Origin: Candidatus Eiseniibacteriota bacterium
GTDB taxonomy: Bacteria; Eisenbacteria; RBG-16-71-46; CAZEPH01
Direction: 5' to 3'
DNA: 12,940 bases
Assembly: GCA_044229145.1 (NCBI GenBank)
Contig: JBGATO010000098.1
Location: 1 to 12,940, forward strand
The position numbers and the translations under genes were made by a program. Shown here one piece after another: positions 1 through 8,700 of the stretch; the stretch's first letter is position 1, and the number at the start of each line of letters is the position of its first letter. The notes under the pieces are model-generated. The model was not told the origin of the DNA, did not search any database, and saw only the letters and a program-made list of their open reading frames with translations.

Positions 1-212
1 TCGTACTCCACGTGCGCCGTCGCAATCGTGATCCCCCGCGCCTTCTCTTCCGGCGCGTTGTCGATCGAGTCGAAGGAGCGCGCCTTCGCCAGACCCTTCG
101 CCGCCGCCACGGTCGTGATCGCCGACGTCAGAGTCGTCTTGCCGTGGTCGATGTGTCCGATCGTGCCCACATTCACGTGGGTCTTGGTCCGGACGAACTT
201 CTCCTTCGCCAT
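1..212 (-). CDS. tuf: Elongation factor Tu, 5' part (runs off the window's left edge)
   Basis: My translation from ATG at 212 gives [33 protein letters not shown]...[24 protein letters not shown], containing the EF-Tu G1 motif (GHIDHGKT) and effector region (RGITI). SD AGGAGG lies at 226-221. It is absent from the ORF track because there is no stop in the window. Confidence 0.99.
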   Translation of the reverse strand, partial: MAKEKFVRTKTHVNVGTIGHIDHGKTTLTSAITTVAAAKGLAKARSFDSIDNAPEEKARGITIATAHVEY

Positions 213-452
213 TGTGTCGACCTCCTGAAGACACGTGGACTTGTCGGCTGCGGGTTGACCGGAATCCGACCGGGCACGTGGTGGTGGCGTGACGCGCGAC
301 CCTCGGGTCACGAGGGCATTCGTTTCGGTGACTGACTCCTGCTTTTCGGCGGCATTCGCCGCGACGGACCTCGGTCCGGGGGACCTGCGATCGCACGCCC
401 CTCACTGGTACAAGCGAAAGGATTGCAACGGGTTAACCGAGGCCGGAAGCAC

Positions 453-528
453 TGGAGCCCACGACGCGGATCGAACGCGTGACCTCGTCCTTACCAAGGA
501 CGTGCTCTACCTACTGAGCTACGTGGGC
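453..528 (-). tRNA. tRNA-Thr (anticodon GGT), 76 nt, CCA encoded
   Basis: Reverse complement is GCCCACGTAGCTCAGTAGGTAGAGCACGTCCTTGGTAAGGACGAGGTCACGCGTTCGATCCGCGTCGTGGGCTCCA. It has acceptor stem GCCCACG/CGTGGGC, anticodon stem CGTCC/GGACG with loop TTGGTAA, and T-loop GTTCGA. Its position upstream of tuf is the classic one. Confidence 0.98.
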
Positions 529-590
529 CCTCTTGTCCCGCCGCGCCCGTTCTGGCGCAAGGGCGGATTCGCGGGGCAAGCGAGAACGCG

Positions 591-610
591 CTGAGTCCGC
601 GCGGACTCAG
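591..610. repeat. Perfect 20-bp palindrome in the tRNA-Thr leader
   Basis: CTGAGTCCGC|GCGGACTCAG is self-complementary and lies between the promoter and the tRNA. Confidence 0.85.
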
Positions 611-632
611 GATGTACCCACGCGAATCGGGG

Positions 633-661
633 ACTTTACGAGGAGCGCCGGGCGAAGTCAA
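633..661 (-). promoter_or_regulatory. Sigma70 promoter for tRNA-Thr-tuf
   Basis: The minus strand reads TTGACT (661-656), a 17-bp spacer, then TAAAGT (638-633), followed by a GC-rich discriminator (CCCCG) typical of stable-RNA promoters. Confidence 0.85.
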
Positions 662-703
662 GAGGGCACGGGGCCATTTGTGGCGGATTTCCGGTGCCGA
701 CAT

Positions 704-739
704 CGATGGGGCGGAGGACGGTCGCCCTCCACCCCATCG
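704..739 (-). terminator. Strong hairpin downstream of the C25 peptidase gene (putative terminator or 3' stabiliser)
   Basis: Arms are CGATGGGGCGGAGG (704-717) and CCTCCACCCCATCG (726-739). The single mismatch becomes a G-U pair on the minus strand. It starts about 24 nt after the stop. There is no clear U-tract. Confidence 0.6.
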
Positions 740-762
740 GCACAGCCGGCGGACGCTGCAGT

Positions 763-3180
763 CTACCGCATGAGGAGGGTTCGGCCCACCCTGTTCGCCT
801 CAGCGTCACGCACACGGATCAGGTACACGCCGCGGGCGGCCTGGCGGCCGGCATCGTCGCGCCCATCCCAGGTGGCGGAGAGGGCCCCGGCGGTCACCGG
901 GAGCTGGCGCAGGATGCGGCCTGTCGCGTCCGCGACCTCGACCCGCGCGGAGGTGCCGGCCGCGATTCCCCACGCGAGGTCCACCCGGCCACCGGCGCGG
1001 GCGACGAGCCGCAATGCGTCTCCCCCGCGGCCCGGAGAGGCCACCGCCGTGGGCGCCGCCGTCACCAGGATCGAGTCGAGCACAACGTTGCCCTCGTCGT
1101 CGCTGAAGGTCAGGTAGAGCATGCCCTCGCTCAGCGAGTCGGCCTCCAGGCGCACCGAGCCGTCGGGGCCGGTGTAGCCGTTGACCAGGACTTCGTCGCC
1201 GCCGTGGGTCAGCGTCCAGCCGCCGGCCGACGATGTCGTGGTGTCGGGCGCGGCGCCCGGCTTCCACAGCGAGACCATCACGCCCGGCACCGGAGCGCCG
1301 CTCGGCGTGGCCACCGAGAGATCGCTCAGGCTCACCTTGCCCGCACAGCAGAAGACATACGCCGGCTTGTTGGTGATCCACGGACTGCCGCTCGGCAGAC
1401 AGGACGGGTTGCTGCGGCGGATGCGCATCTCGGGATCGCCGAGCAGGTAGTACATGAACGGGTTCGTGGCGCCGTACTTGAGGCCGGTGAGCAGCTCGGC
1501 ACGGGCGATGAGCTGGCCCTGCACCGTGTACCCCTCGTCGAACAGGGTGCTGAACATGCGGCGGTAGAGTTCGTGATTGATGGTGGTGTTGCCGCTGCCG
1601 CCGGCGCCGTAGAACGACACCGCGCCGCGCGTCGCCTGGCGGCTCAGCCAGTGTTCGCCGAAGCAGTCGCCGGTCGGCAAGTACAGGTTGCCGCAGGCGA
1701 TCGACCACACGACGGCGGGCGCGTTCACGAGATCGTCGACCTCGATGTTGCTGTAATCGACGCCCGCGGTGTTCCACGTCCACCACGCGGTGTCCGTGCC
1801 GTGACCGCGGTAGGCGATGAGGCCGAAGCCGGACTCGATGGCCGAGGTCAGCGTCGTGTTGGTGTGCGTCGGGTCGCTGCCGTAGTGCGTGGTGAAGTGC
1901 GGCGTGACGTCGGCGTAGTTGCGGGTGCGGACTTCTTCCGCGTTGCCTTCGTACTTGCCGGGCGCGCCCTGCGTGTGGGCGATGAGCAGCGTCTTGTCGT
2001 AGCGCGTCGCGGTGCACTCCGGGTGGTCTTCGTAGTCGAGGATGCGGGTGACCATGCGCCCGAGTTCGTCGTAGCTGTTGGCGGCGAGGCGGCCGACGTA
2101 CACCTCGGGCAGGATGTCGTCGAAGCCGTCGCCGTCGACATCGCCGTAGAGGTCGTCGGTGAGATCGCCGTCTGGGGCCGGGCACGTCGGGATGAAGGCG
2201 TGGTCGCCGATCAGGATCGCGTAGTGCTCGTGCTCGGACGGCGTGCCGTCGTACCAGCTCTGGATCGCATTGCGCACCGTGGCGCACGAGGGAATCGACG
2301 GGAAGTTGAGCACGCTGACGTGGAAGCCGCGGCCCTTCTTCTGCGCGATGAGAGGCTCCAGCTGCGGCGGCGTGCCGCCCTGCACGACGAACAGGAAGTC
2401 GCCGTCGTAGCTGGTGGTGTTGGCGGTGAAGACGTCCTTCACGGCCGGCCAGTTGACGATCGCGGCCTTGATGAGGTCGATGCGGTGCTGCGGCAGCGGG
2501 TCGGCGGCCTTGAACACGCCGAGGTGCCTGAAGGTCAGATAGGTGTGCTCGGCGACGGTGAGTTCGCCGGTCTGCGGATCCCACTGCGCGGGATGCGCCT
2601 CGGACTGCATCAGCTTGTACGGATACTGCACGCTGGTGAACATCCGCACGGCGGTGTCCGTCGGATACGGACCCGGCGCGGCGTAGAGCGCGGTGTCGAG
2701 TTGGAACTGCTCCGGCGTGCTGCCGCCGGTGGCGAGCTCGCGCTCCTCGACCGGCTGCGGCCACACCAGCTGGCCCGCGAAGGTGTGCACGCCGGTGGTG
2801 CGGGCCAGGTCGATCGTGGCCTCGGAGGCCGTTGTGCCCCAGGCGATGTAGAAGCGCGCGACCGGCAGGTCCGGCGCGCCGGGCGTGTCGATGGACGCGA
2901 GGCCGGGGATCTCGATCTGCTGATAGGTGCGGCCGTCGCCGCCGACGCGGTCGGTGCGCCAGTAGCCGTGCACGTGGATGTCGATGACGGTCTGGGTCGG
3001 CGAGGTCTGCGTGGTGTCGCAGGTGATGGTGGCCGGCTGGCCCGGCACCGAGGAATCGAGCGGCACCCACGTAGCGGCCGACGACAACGAGGGCACGAGG
3101 ATGATCGACAGCGCGGCGCCGGCGAGCGCGGCCAGCGGGCGCAGCAGTGCCGTCAGGCGGGCAGTGAGACGAGCGGACAT
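763..3180 (-). CDS. Secreted gingipain-like C25 family cysteine peptidase with propeptide and C-terminal FlgD-Ig-like domain (805 aa)
   Basis: Features are an N-terminal signal peptide, a propeptide motif (PGAPDLPV), C25 motifs (AILIGD..FIP, TDDLYGDVDGD, PEVYVGRL, RILDYE, YYLLGDP), a catalytic dyad YRGH460G / SIAC496GN, and a C-terminal WDGRDDAGRQAARGVYLIRV typical of FlgD-Ig/T9SS-type sorting tails. SD GAGGAGG is upstream and GC3 bias is strong. Confidence 0.92.
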   Translation of the reverse strand: MSARLTARLTALLRPLAALAGAALSIILVPSLSSAATWVPLDSSVPGQPATITCDTTQTSPTQTVIDIHVHGYWRTDRVGGDGRTYQQIEIPGLASIDTPGAPDLPVARFYIAWGTTASEATIDLARTTGVHTFAGQLVWPQPVEERELATGGSTPEQFQLDTALYAAPGPYPTDTAVRMFTSVQYPYKLMQSEAHPAQWDPQTGELTVAEHTYLTFRHLGVFKAADPLPQHRIDLIKAAIVNWPAVKDVFTANTTSYDGDFLFVVQGGTPPQLEPLIAQKKGRGFHVSVLNFPSIPSCATVRNAIQSWYDGTPSEHEHYAILIGDHAFIPTCPAPDGDLTDDLYGDVDGDGFDDILPEVYVGRLAANSYDELGRMVTRILDYEDHPECTATRYDKTLLIAHTQGAPGKYEGNAEEVRTRNYADVTPHFTTHYGSDPTHTNTTLTSAIESGFGLIAYRGHGTDTAWWTWNTAGVDYSNIEVDDLVNAPAVVWSIACGNLYLPTGDCFGEHWLSRQATRGAVSFYGAGGSGNTTINHELYRRMFSTLFDEGYTVQGQLIARAELLTGLKYGATNPFMYYLLGDPEMRIRRSNPSCLPSGSPWITNKPAYVFCCAGKVSLSDLSVATPSGAPVPGVMVSLWKPGAAPDTTTSSAGGWTLTHGGDEVLVNGYTGPDGSVRLEADSLSEGMLYLTFSDDEGNVVLDSILVTAAPTAVASPGRGGDALRLVARAGGRVDLAWGIAAGTSARVEVADATGRILRQLPVTAGALSATWDGRDDAGRQAARGVYLIRVRDAEANRVGRTLLMR

Positions 3181-3366
3181 GGTTCCTCCTCAGGATCGAA
3201 TGAGCCCGCGGCGCGGCGGGCAGACGACGGATCGCGGGGAGCGATCGGGAGGCGTCGCGTGCCGGGCCGGTCGGCCGAACGGGCCGGGCGTGTCCCGCCT
3301 CCATTCCCGTCAACGCCACCCCGGCGGCGAACCGAACATGCGAAATCGCGGACGCGCGACGGCGCG

Positions 3367-3375
3367 TGGTATCGT
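3367..3375 (+). promoter_or_regulatory. Possible extended -10 element for the ECF-kinase-CHAT operon
   Basis: TGGTATCGT (TGn plus TATCGT) lies about 45 nt upstream of the GTG start. There is no recognisable -35. Confidence 0.35.
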
Positions 3376-3419
3376 GGGGCGTCTGCTGACCGTCCCCGGC
3401 CCCACTACGGAGATCCAGC

Positions 3420-4022
3420 GTGCACCCCTCTGAGGACGCGGCGGCTGCCGCTCCTACCATCGACTTGCTCGGGCGCGTGCGTGCCGGGGATGCCCGCGCC
3501 CGCGAGATCCTGCTCGCCCGCTACCTGCCGCGCCTGCGCCGCTGGGCGCACGGCCGCCTGCCCGATCACGCCCGCGGCCTGGCCGATACCGAAGACGTTG
3601 TTCAGATTGCGATGATCCGCGCGTTGTCCCATTTGGGAGACTTCGTGCCCGAGCACGAGGGCGCCTTGATCGGCTACCTGCGCCAAGCCGTGATGAACGC
3701 GGTGCGCGACGAGATCCGCCGCGCGCGCCGCCGGCCGCAGGGCGAGGAGATCACCGAGGCCGTCGTCGATCCGGCGCCCTCGCTCCTCGAGGAAGCCATC
3801 GGCGCCGAAATGCTCGAACGCTACGAAGCGGCACTCGCCGCGCTCCCCGACGATCATCGCGAGGCGGTCATCCTGCGCCTCGAATTCGGCTTCACGTATC
3901 CGCAGATCGCGGAGGCGCTGGCGCGTCCCTCGGTGGACGCCACGCGCATGTTGGTCACCCGGGCGCTGGCGCGGGTGGCGGAGACCATGCATGCAGGACG
4001 ACACGATTCCGGCGCCGCCTGA
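3420..4022 (+). CDS. ECF sigma-70 family RNA polymerase sigma factor, Ser/Thr-kinase-associated type (200 aa)
   Basis: Region 2 (GDARAREILLARY...DTEDVVQ...YLRQAVMNAVRDEIRR) and region 4 (LAALPDDHREAVILRLEFGFTYPQIAEAL) are present. GTG start with GGAG upstream. It overlaps the kinase start by 32 nt and there is no anti-sigma gene. Confidence 0.95.
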   Translation: MHPSEDAAAAAPTIDLLGRVRAGDARAREILLARYLPRLRRWAHGRLPDHARGLADTEDVVQIAMIRALSHLGDFVPEHEGALIGYLRQAVMNAVRDEIRRARRRPQGEEITEAVVDPAPSLLEEAIGAEMLERYEAALAALPDDHREAVILRLEFGFTYPQIAEALARPSVDATRMLVTRALARVAETMHAGRHDSGAA

Positions 4023-5724
4023 CGCCCCGCACGTCTGGGATGACGTGGTGGAGGCGCTCGCCGACGGTGCGCCGGTGGACTGGGAGAGCCATACCGGCGA
4101 TGGCGAGATCGTCGACTGCTTGCGTGCGCTCGCCCGCATCGACGCCGTCTGCGCGGGCGACCGGCCGGGCGGCGCGCGGCCGGCGGTGTTATTCCGCTGG
4201 GGCCATCTCGAGGTGATCGAGCGGCTCGGTGCCGGCTCGTTCGGCGAGGTGTTCCGCGCCTGGGATGCGGCGCTCGAACGCGACGTCGCGCTCAAGTTGC
4301 GTCGCGCCGACGTCGAGACGGTGCCCGGCCTGCACGCGCTCCACCTCGACGAAGCGCGGCGCCTCGCGCGTGTGCGGCATCCGCACGTCCTTACGGTGTT
4401 CGGCGCCGCGGTGCACGACGGCCGCCCCGGCCTGTGGGCCGAAATCGTCGACGGCGAAAGCCTCGAGGCGGCGCTGACGCGCGGCGGCCCCTTCGGCGCG
4501 GAGGAAACGCGCGAGGTCGCGCGCACGCTGTGTGGCGCACTCACCGCGGTACACGCGGCCGGCCTGGTGCACGGCGACGTCAAGCCGGCGAACGTGATGC
4601 GGGCGCGCGGCGGCCGGCTCGTGCTGATGGACTTCGGCGCCGCCAGCGAGGACGTGCGGCGCGGTGCCGATGCGTTGCGCGCGGCACAGGGAACGCCCGG
4701 TGCGCTGGCGCCCGAGGTGCGCGACGGTGCGCCGCCCAGCGTGGCGAGCGATCTCTACGCGGTGGGCGCGACGTGCGCGCGGCTGCTCACCGGCGCGTGG
4801 CCGTCGCCCGGCACCACACTGCGCGATGCGCGGCCCGACGCGCCGCGCGCCCTGCTCGCGGTGCTGGAGCGTGCGCTTGCCGCGGAGCCGCACGCGCGCT
4901 TCGCCAGCGCCGGGGAGATGGAGCAGGCACTCGAGACATCGCGTGCGGCCGCCCCACCGCGCGCGCCGCGCCGGCCGTGGGGCCTGCTCGCGGCCGCGTG
5001 TGCCGTCATCGCCGCGGGAGCGCTGTGGGCGAACGTGCGGCGTCCGGCGCCGTCACCACCCGCGCAGACAGCGCGCGTCGAACCCGCGCCGGTCACCGCC
5101 GCGCCCGCGCCGCACACAGCGGCGACCTCCACCGCGCCGGCACCCGCGCCCGCCACTGCCGCGCCGCGCGCCAGCGTGCGTCTGGTGCGCCGCCGCGGCC
5201 TCGAAGAGCGCGACCTGCGCCCAGACGACCTCATCGGGCCGGGCGATCGACTGAGTGCGGCGGTCACGCTCGACGCGCCGGGGTTCGTCTACGTGCTGAG
5301 CGAAGACGCGCGCGGCGACTTCCACGTGCTCTTCCCGTTGCCCGGGTTCGACCGCGCGAATCCGCTGCCGCGCGGCGCGGACATCGCGCTGCCCGGCACC
5401 GTCGGCGGCGCGGCGGCAGATTGGGAGGTGACGACGCACGGCGGCGGCCGCGAGACCATCGCCGTGGTGGTCAGCCGCACGCGGCTCGCCGCGCTCGAGA
5501 CCGCGCTCGCCCGCGAAGACCACGCGGCGATCGGCGCGCCGGTGCGCGACGGCGATCCCACCTTCGCCGACGGCATCGCGCAGGCGCTCCGCGGCATCGG
5601 CGGCGTCCATGTCGAACGCGCGGCCGGCGGCGAGGCCGGCACGCGGCTGCGCCAGCTTGCCGCCGCGTGGCAGGCAGCCGGCGCGCCGGTGTGGGCACGG
5701 ACGATGGAGCTGCGCAACCCATGA
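3991..5724 (+). CDS. Hanks-type Ser/Thr protein kinase with one TM helix, Pro/Ala-rich linker and C-terminal DUF4384-like extracytoplasmic domain (577 aa)
   Basis: Kinase motifs are LGAGSFGEV, VALK, HPHV, HGDVKPAN, DFG, GTPGALAPE and SDLYAVG. The TM is WGLLAAACAVIAAGALW. The tail GDRL...GFVYVLSEDARGDFHVLFP...LPG...GGRETIAVVVSR matches my recollection of the DUF4384 pattern. Confidence 0.93.
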   Translation: MQDDTIPAPPDAPHVWDDVVEALADGAPVDWESHTGDGEIVDCLRALARIDAVCAGDRPGGARPAVLFRWGHLEVIERLGAGSFGEVFRAWDAALERDVALKLRRADVETVPGLHALHLDEARRLARVRHPHVLTVFGAAVHDGRPGLWAEIVDGESLEAALTRGGPFGAEETREVARTLCGALTAVHAAGLVHGDVKPANVMRARGGRLVLMDFGAASEDVRRGADALRAAQGTPGALAPEVRDGAPPSVASDLYAVGATCARLLTGAWPSPGTTLRDARPDAPRALLAVLERALAAEPHARFASAGEMEQALETSRAAAPPRAPRRPWGLLAAACAVIAAGALWANVRRPAPSPPAQTARVEPAPVTAAPAPHTAATSTAPAPAPATAAPRASVRLVRRRGLEERDLRPDDLIGPGDRLSAAVTLDAPGFVYVLSEDARGDFHVLFPLPGFDRANPLPRGADIALPGTVGGAAADWEVTTHGGGRETIAVVVSRTRLAALETALAREDHAAIGAPVRDGDPTFADGIAQALRGIGGVHVERAAGGEAGTRLRQLAAAWQAAGAPVWARTMELRNP

Positions 5725-8700
5725 TGCGGCGGCTGATGTGGTGTGTGGTGTTCGCGTGCCTGGCGTGCGTGCCGCGCGCCGACGCGGCGCGGCGCGGCGA
5801 CGAGGACGCGGGTGCCGCGACAGTGCATGACCTGCTCAATCAGGGAGCGCTGGCGCCCGCCGAATCGCTGGCGCGCGGCCCGGTGACCACCCGCACCGCG
5901 CGCGGCGATACCACGTCCACGCGCTTCGCCGACGCGCTCACGCTGCTCGCCGAGGTTCTGCTGCGCCACGGCGGCGCGCGGCAAGTCGAGGAAGCGCGCG
6001 CGCTCACCCGCCGCGCCGTCGCGCTCAGCGACACCGCGCTCGCCACCGCGACTGCCGCCGATGCCGAGCGGCTGTTCTGGCGCGGGATGGCGCTCACCAT
6101 CAATAAGCGCCGCGCCGACTTCCCCGAAGCGCTCGCCCAGCACGAACGCGCGCGACAGATTCGCGAACGCCGCGGCCTCGCGCGCACCGACGCGATGGCG
6201 CGCTCGCTGCACGAACTCGGCGTGCTGGCGATGCTGCGCTTCCAGATTTCGCGCGCCGACAGTCTGACACGCGCGTCGCTGGCGATTCGCGAAGCGCTGT
6301 TCCGCGATCCCGACATCCGGCTCGCCGAATCGCACACGTCGCTCGGCAACATCCAGATCTTGCGCGGCGACTATCCCGGCGCGCGCACGCACTTCGAAAC
6401 CGCGCTGCGGCAGTTTCGCGCGGTGCTCGGGCCGGCGAACGGCCTGCAACGCCGCACGCTGGCCGGTCTATCGATTTGCGCCGAGGCCATCGGCGACACC
6501 ACCAGCGCGCTGCGCCTCATGCGCGACGCCGCCGACGTCAGCGACCGCATGTACGGCGTCTATCATCCCGCCGCCGTGCAGCAGCTCGCGGACCTCTCGC
6601 TGGTCGAAGAGCGCTTGGGCGCCGGACGCGAGGCGCGCGAGCACGGCCGCGAATCGCTGCGGCGCCTCGAACGCATCGCGGCGCCCGATGCCGCCGAACT
6701 CATCGCGCCGCTCGCCGAAGTCGGCCGCAAGGCGCTCACCGCCGGCGACACCACCGAAGCCGGCACCATGCTGCGCCGCGCCCGCGCGCTGGCCGCCGCG
6801 CGCGGCGACACCGCCTCGAGCCGCGCCGCCGCCCTCGCGCAAGCGTGGGGCCTCTATCGCGTCACCGCCGGCGACACGCTCGGCGCGCTGGTCGCGTACG
6901 AGCAGGCGATCCGCGGCTGGAGCGCGATGCTCGGCCCGCGCTCGCCGCACGTCGCCGAGGTGCACGGCATCGTCGCGCAACTCGCCGCCGCGCGGCGCGA
7001 CTGGGCGCGCGCGGTGCCGGCGGCGCGCGCGTGGACCGAGGCGCTCGACGCCACCTACGGACTCAACGACGAAACCATCGTCGCGCTCCTGCAGCGCGCG
7101 CGCATCGAGCGCGCCGCCGGCGAGAGTGCGGGCGCGCTGGCCGCCGCGTGGCGCGCCGAGGAGTTCGCCCACACGCGGGCGGTGCGCGCCGTGCGCTTGC
7201 TCTCGGAGCGCGAAACGGCCACCACGCCGCTGCTCGAACACCAAAGCGTCGGCGAGGCATGGAACGCGCTGCGCGACACGGTGGCCACCGCGGCGGATCG
7301 CGAACAGGTGTGGGACGCGGTGATCCGCGGCCGCTCGCTGGCGCTCGAGGAACTCGCCGAACGCCATCGCCGCGTGCGCCGGGCGGAGGCGCCGGATCTC
7401 GCCGCGCTCGACAGCGCGCTGACGCAGGCGCGTGAGGCGTGGGCCGCCGCGCTGGTGGCCGAAGCCGCCGGTGCCGACGTCACCGCGCGGCTCGACAGCG
7501 CCCGCGACGCCGCCGAGAGTGCCGAACGCGCGCTCGCCACCGCCGACGTCCGCTTCCGCACCGACCGCGCGTGGCGCGACGCGCGACTGGCCGACGTGCG
7601 CGCCGCGCTGCCGCCGCAGCACGCGCTGGTCGCGTACGCGCTGCTCCACGACAGCGCGAACGGCGCGCGTTACGTCGCCTTCGTGCTGCGCGACGGCGTG
7701 GCCACCGTGCACGACCTCGGTGACGCAGCGGTGCTCGACGATCTCGTCGCGCGCTGGCGCGGCTATGCGGGGCGCGATCCCGCCGCCACGCGCGACGCCG
7801 CGGCGCTGGTGCGCGCGTGCGGGGAAGCCGGCGCGGCGCTGCGCCGCGCGATGTGGGACCCGCTGGCCCGCGACGTCGCCGGCTGCGCCGCGCTCCACGT
7901 CGTGCCCGACGGCGCCCTGCACGCCGTCAACCTGCTCGCGCTGCCGAGCGGCGAGCGCGCCGGCCGCTTCCTCGCCGAAACCTTGCCGCCCTGCCACGTG
8001 CGCGCCAGCGAACGCGACCTGCTGGCGCCCGCCGTCGCCGCACCGGAAGGCCATGGCCTGCTCGCGCTCGGCGCGCCCGCGTTCGACGATGCACCGCCGG
8101 CCGCATTCGACCGCGGACTCGACATCGCGCTGCTGCGCGGCGGCGACTGCGCGATGGCCCGCTTCGCCCCGCTGCCGGCAACGCGCGACGAAGCGCGCGC
8201 GGTGGCCGACGCGTGGCGCGCCCGCGTCCCCGACGAAGCCGCCAGCTTGCTGGTGGACGCCGAAGCCAACGGGCGGCGCTCTGGCGCGGAAGAAGAAGCT
8301 GGCGCGGGCGAAGCGCGCCGCGCCGCGCAACATCGCCACGCACGCGTTCGTCACCGAAACTCGAGGGTGGCGCGGACGGCCAGGGCGGTGCAGGACCGCG
8401 ACGCGCGGCATCGGCACGACGTGGCGCTGCGCTGATACCTACGTGAGCGCCAGCGCCGGCGCGGCGTACACGCTAATCGCCGAGCCGACCTTGGCTGGCG
8501 CCAACCGGCGTGCCGCGAGCGCCGGTGGCGACGGCATCCTCACCACCGAGGAGGTCGCGCTGCTCGACCTCGAGGGCGTGTCGACGGTGGTGCTGTCGGC
8601 GTGCGAGACCGGCGTCGGCGCGTTGCGCGCCGGCGAAGGCGTGGCCGGCATCCAGCGCGCCTTCCGCATCGCCGGCGCCGGGACGGCGTTGGTGGCGTCG

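Noticed and set aside
423..435. IHF-like site TTGCAA-CGGG-TTA in the tRNA-tuf spacer
   Set aside because: It has two mismatches to WATCAA-N4-TTR and no supporting context.
453..528. tRNA as integration site of a genomic island
   Set aside because: There is no integrase and no duplicated tRNA 3' end in the window, and the accessory genes lie on the tRNA's 5' side.
12..594. Plus-strand ORFs 12..335, 28..228 and 289..594
   Set aside because: They are antisense to tuf and tRNA-Thr.
3250..3313. Sigma54-like GGCACG and sigma70-like TTGACG upstream of the C25 gene (minus strand)
   Set aside because: GGCACG lacks a GC at the 10-nt spacing, and TTGACG has no -10 element at 16-18 bp.
694..3615. Long ORFs of 973 aa (+, 694..3615) and 884 aa (-, 806..3460)
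   Set aside because: These are antisense or off-frame shadows of the C25 peptidase gene. They are Arg/Gly/Ala-rich with no motifs, as expected when high GC depletes stop codons.
5041..5170. Low-complexity GCGCC-rich repeats resembling an array
   Set aside because: They encode the Pro/Ala/Thr linker of the kinase. There is no repeat-spacer periodicity, and no CRISPR array or cas gene accompanies the CHAT protease in this window.
4434..5720. N-terminal 429 aa of the 1333-aa ORF
   Set aside because: This is an off-frame overlap with the kinase and an Arg-rich nonsense translation. The real protein starts at the ATGA overlap at 5721 with a signal peptide.
8265..8340. Programmed ribosomal frameshift in the CHAT gene
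   Set aside because: There is no canonical slippery heptamer, and it belongs to a wider indel cluster better explained by error or decay.
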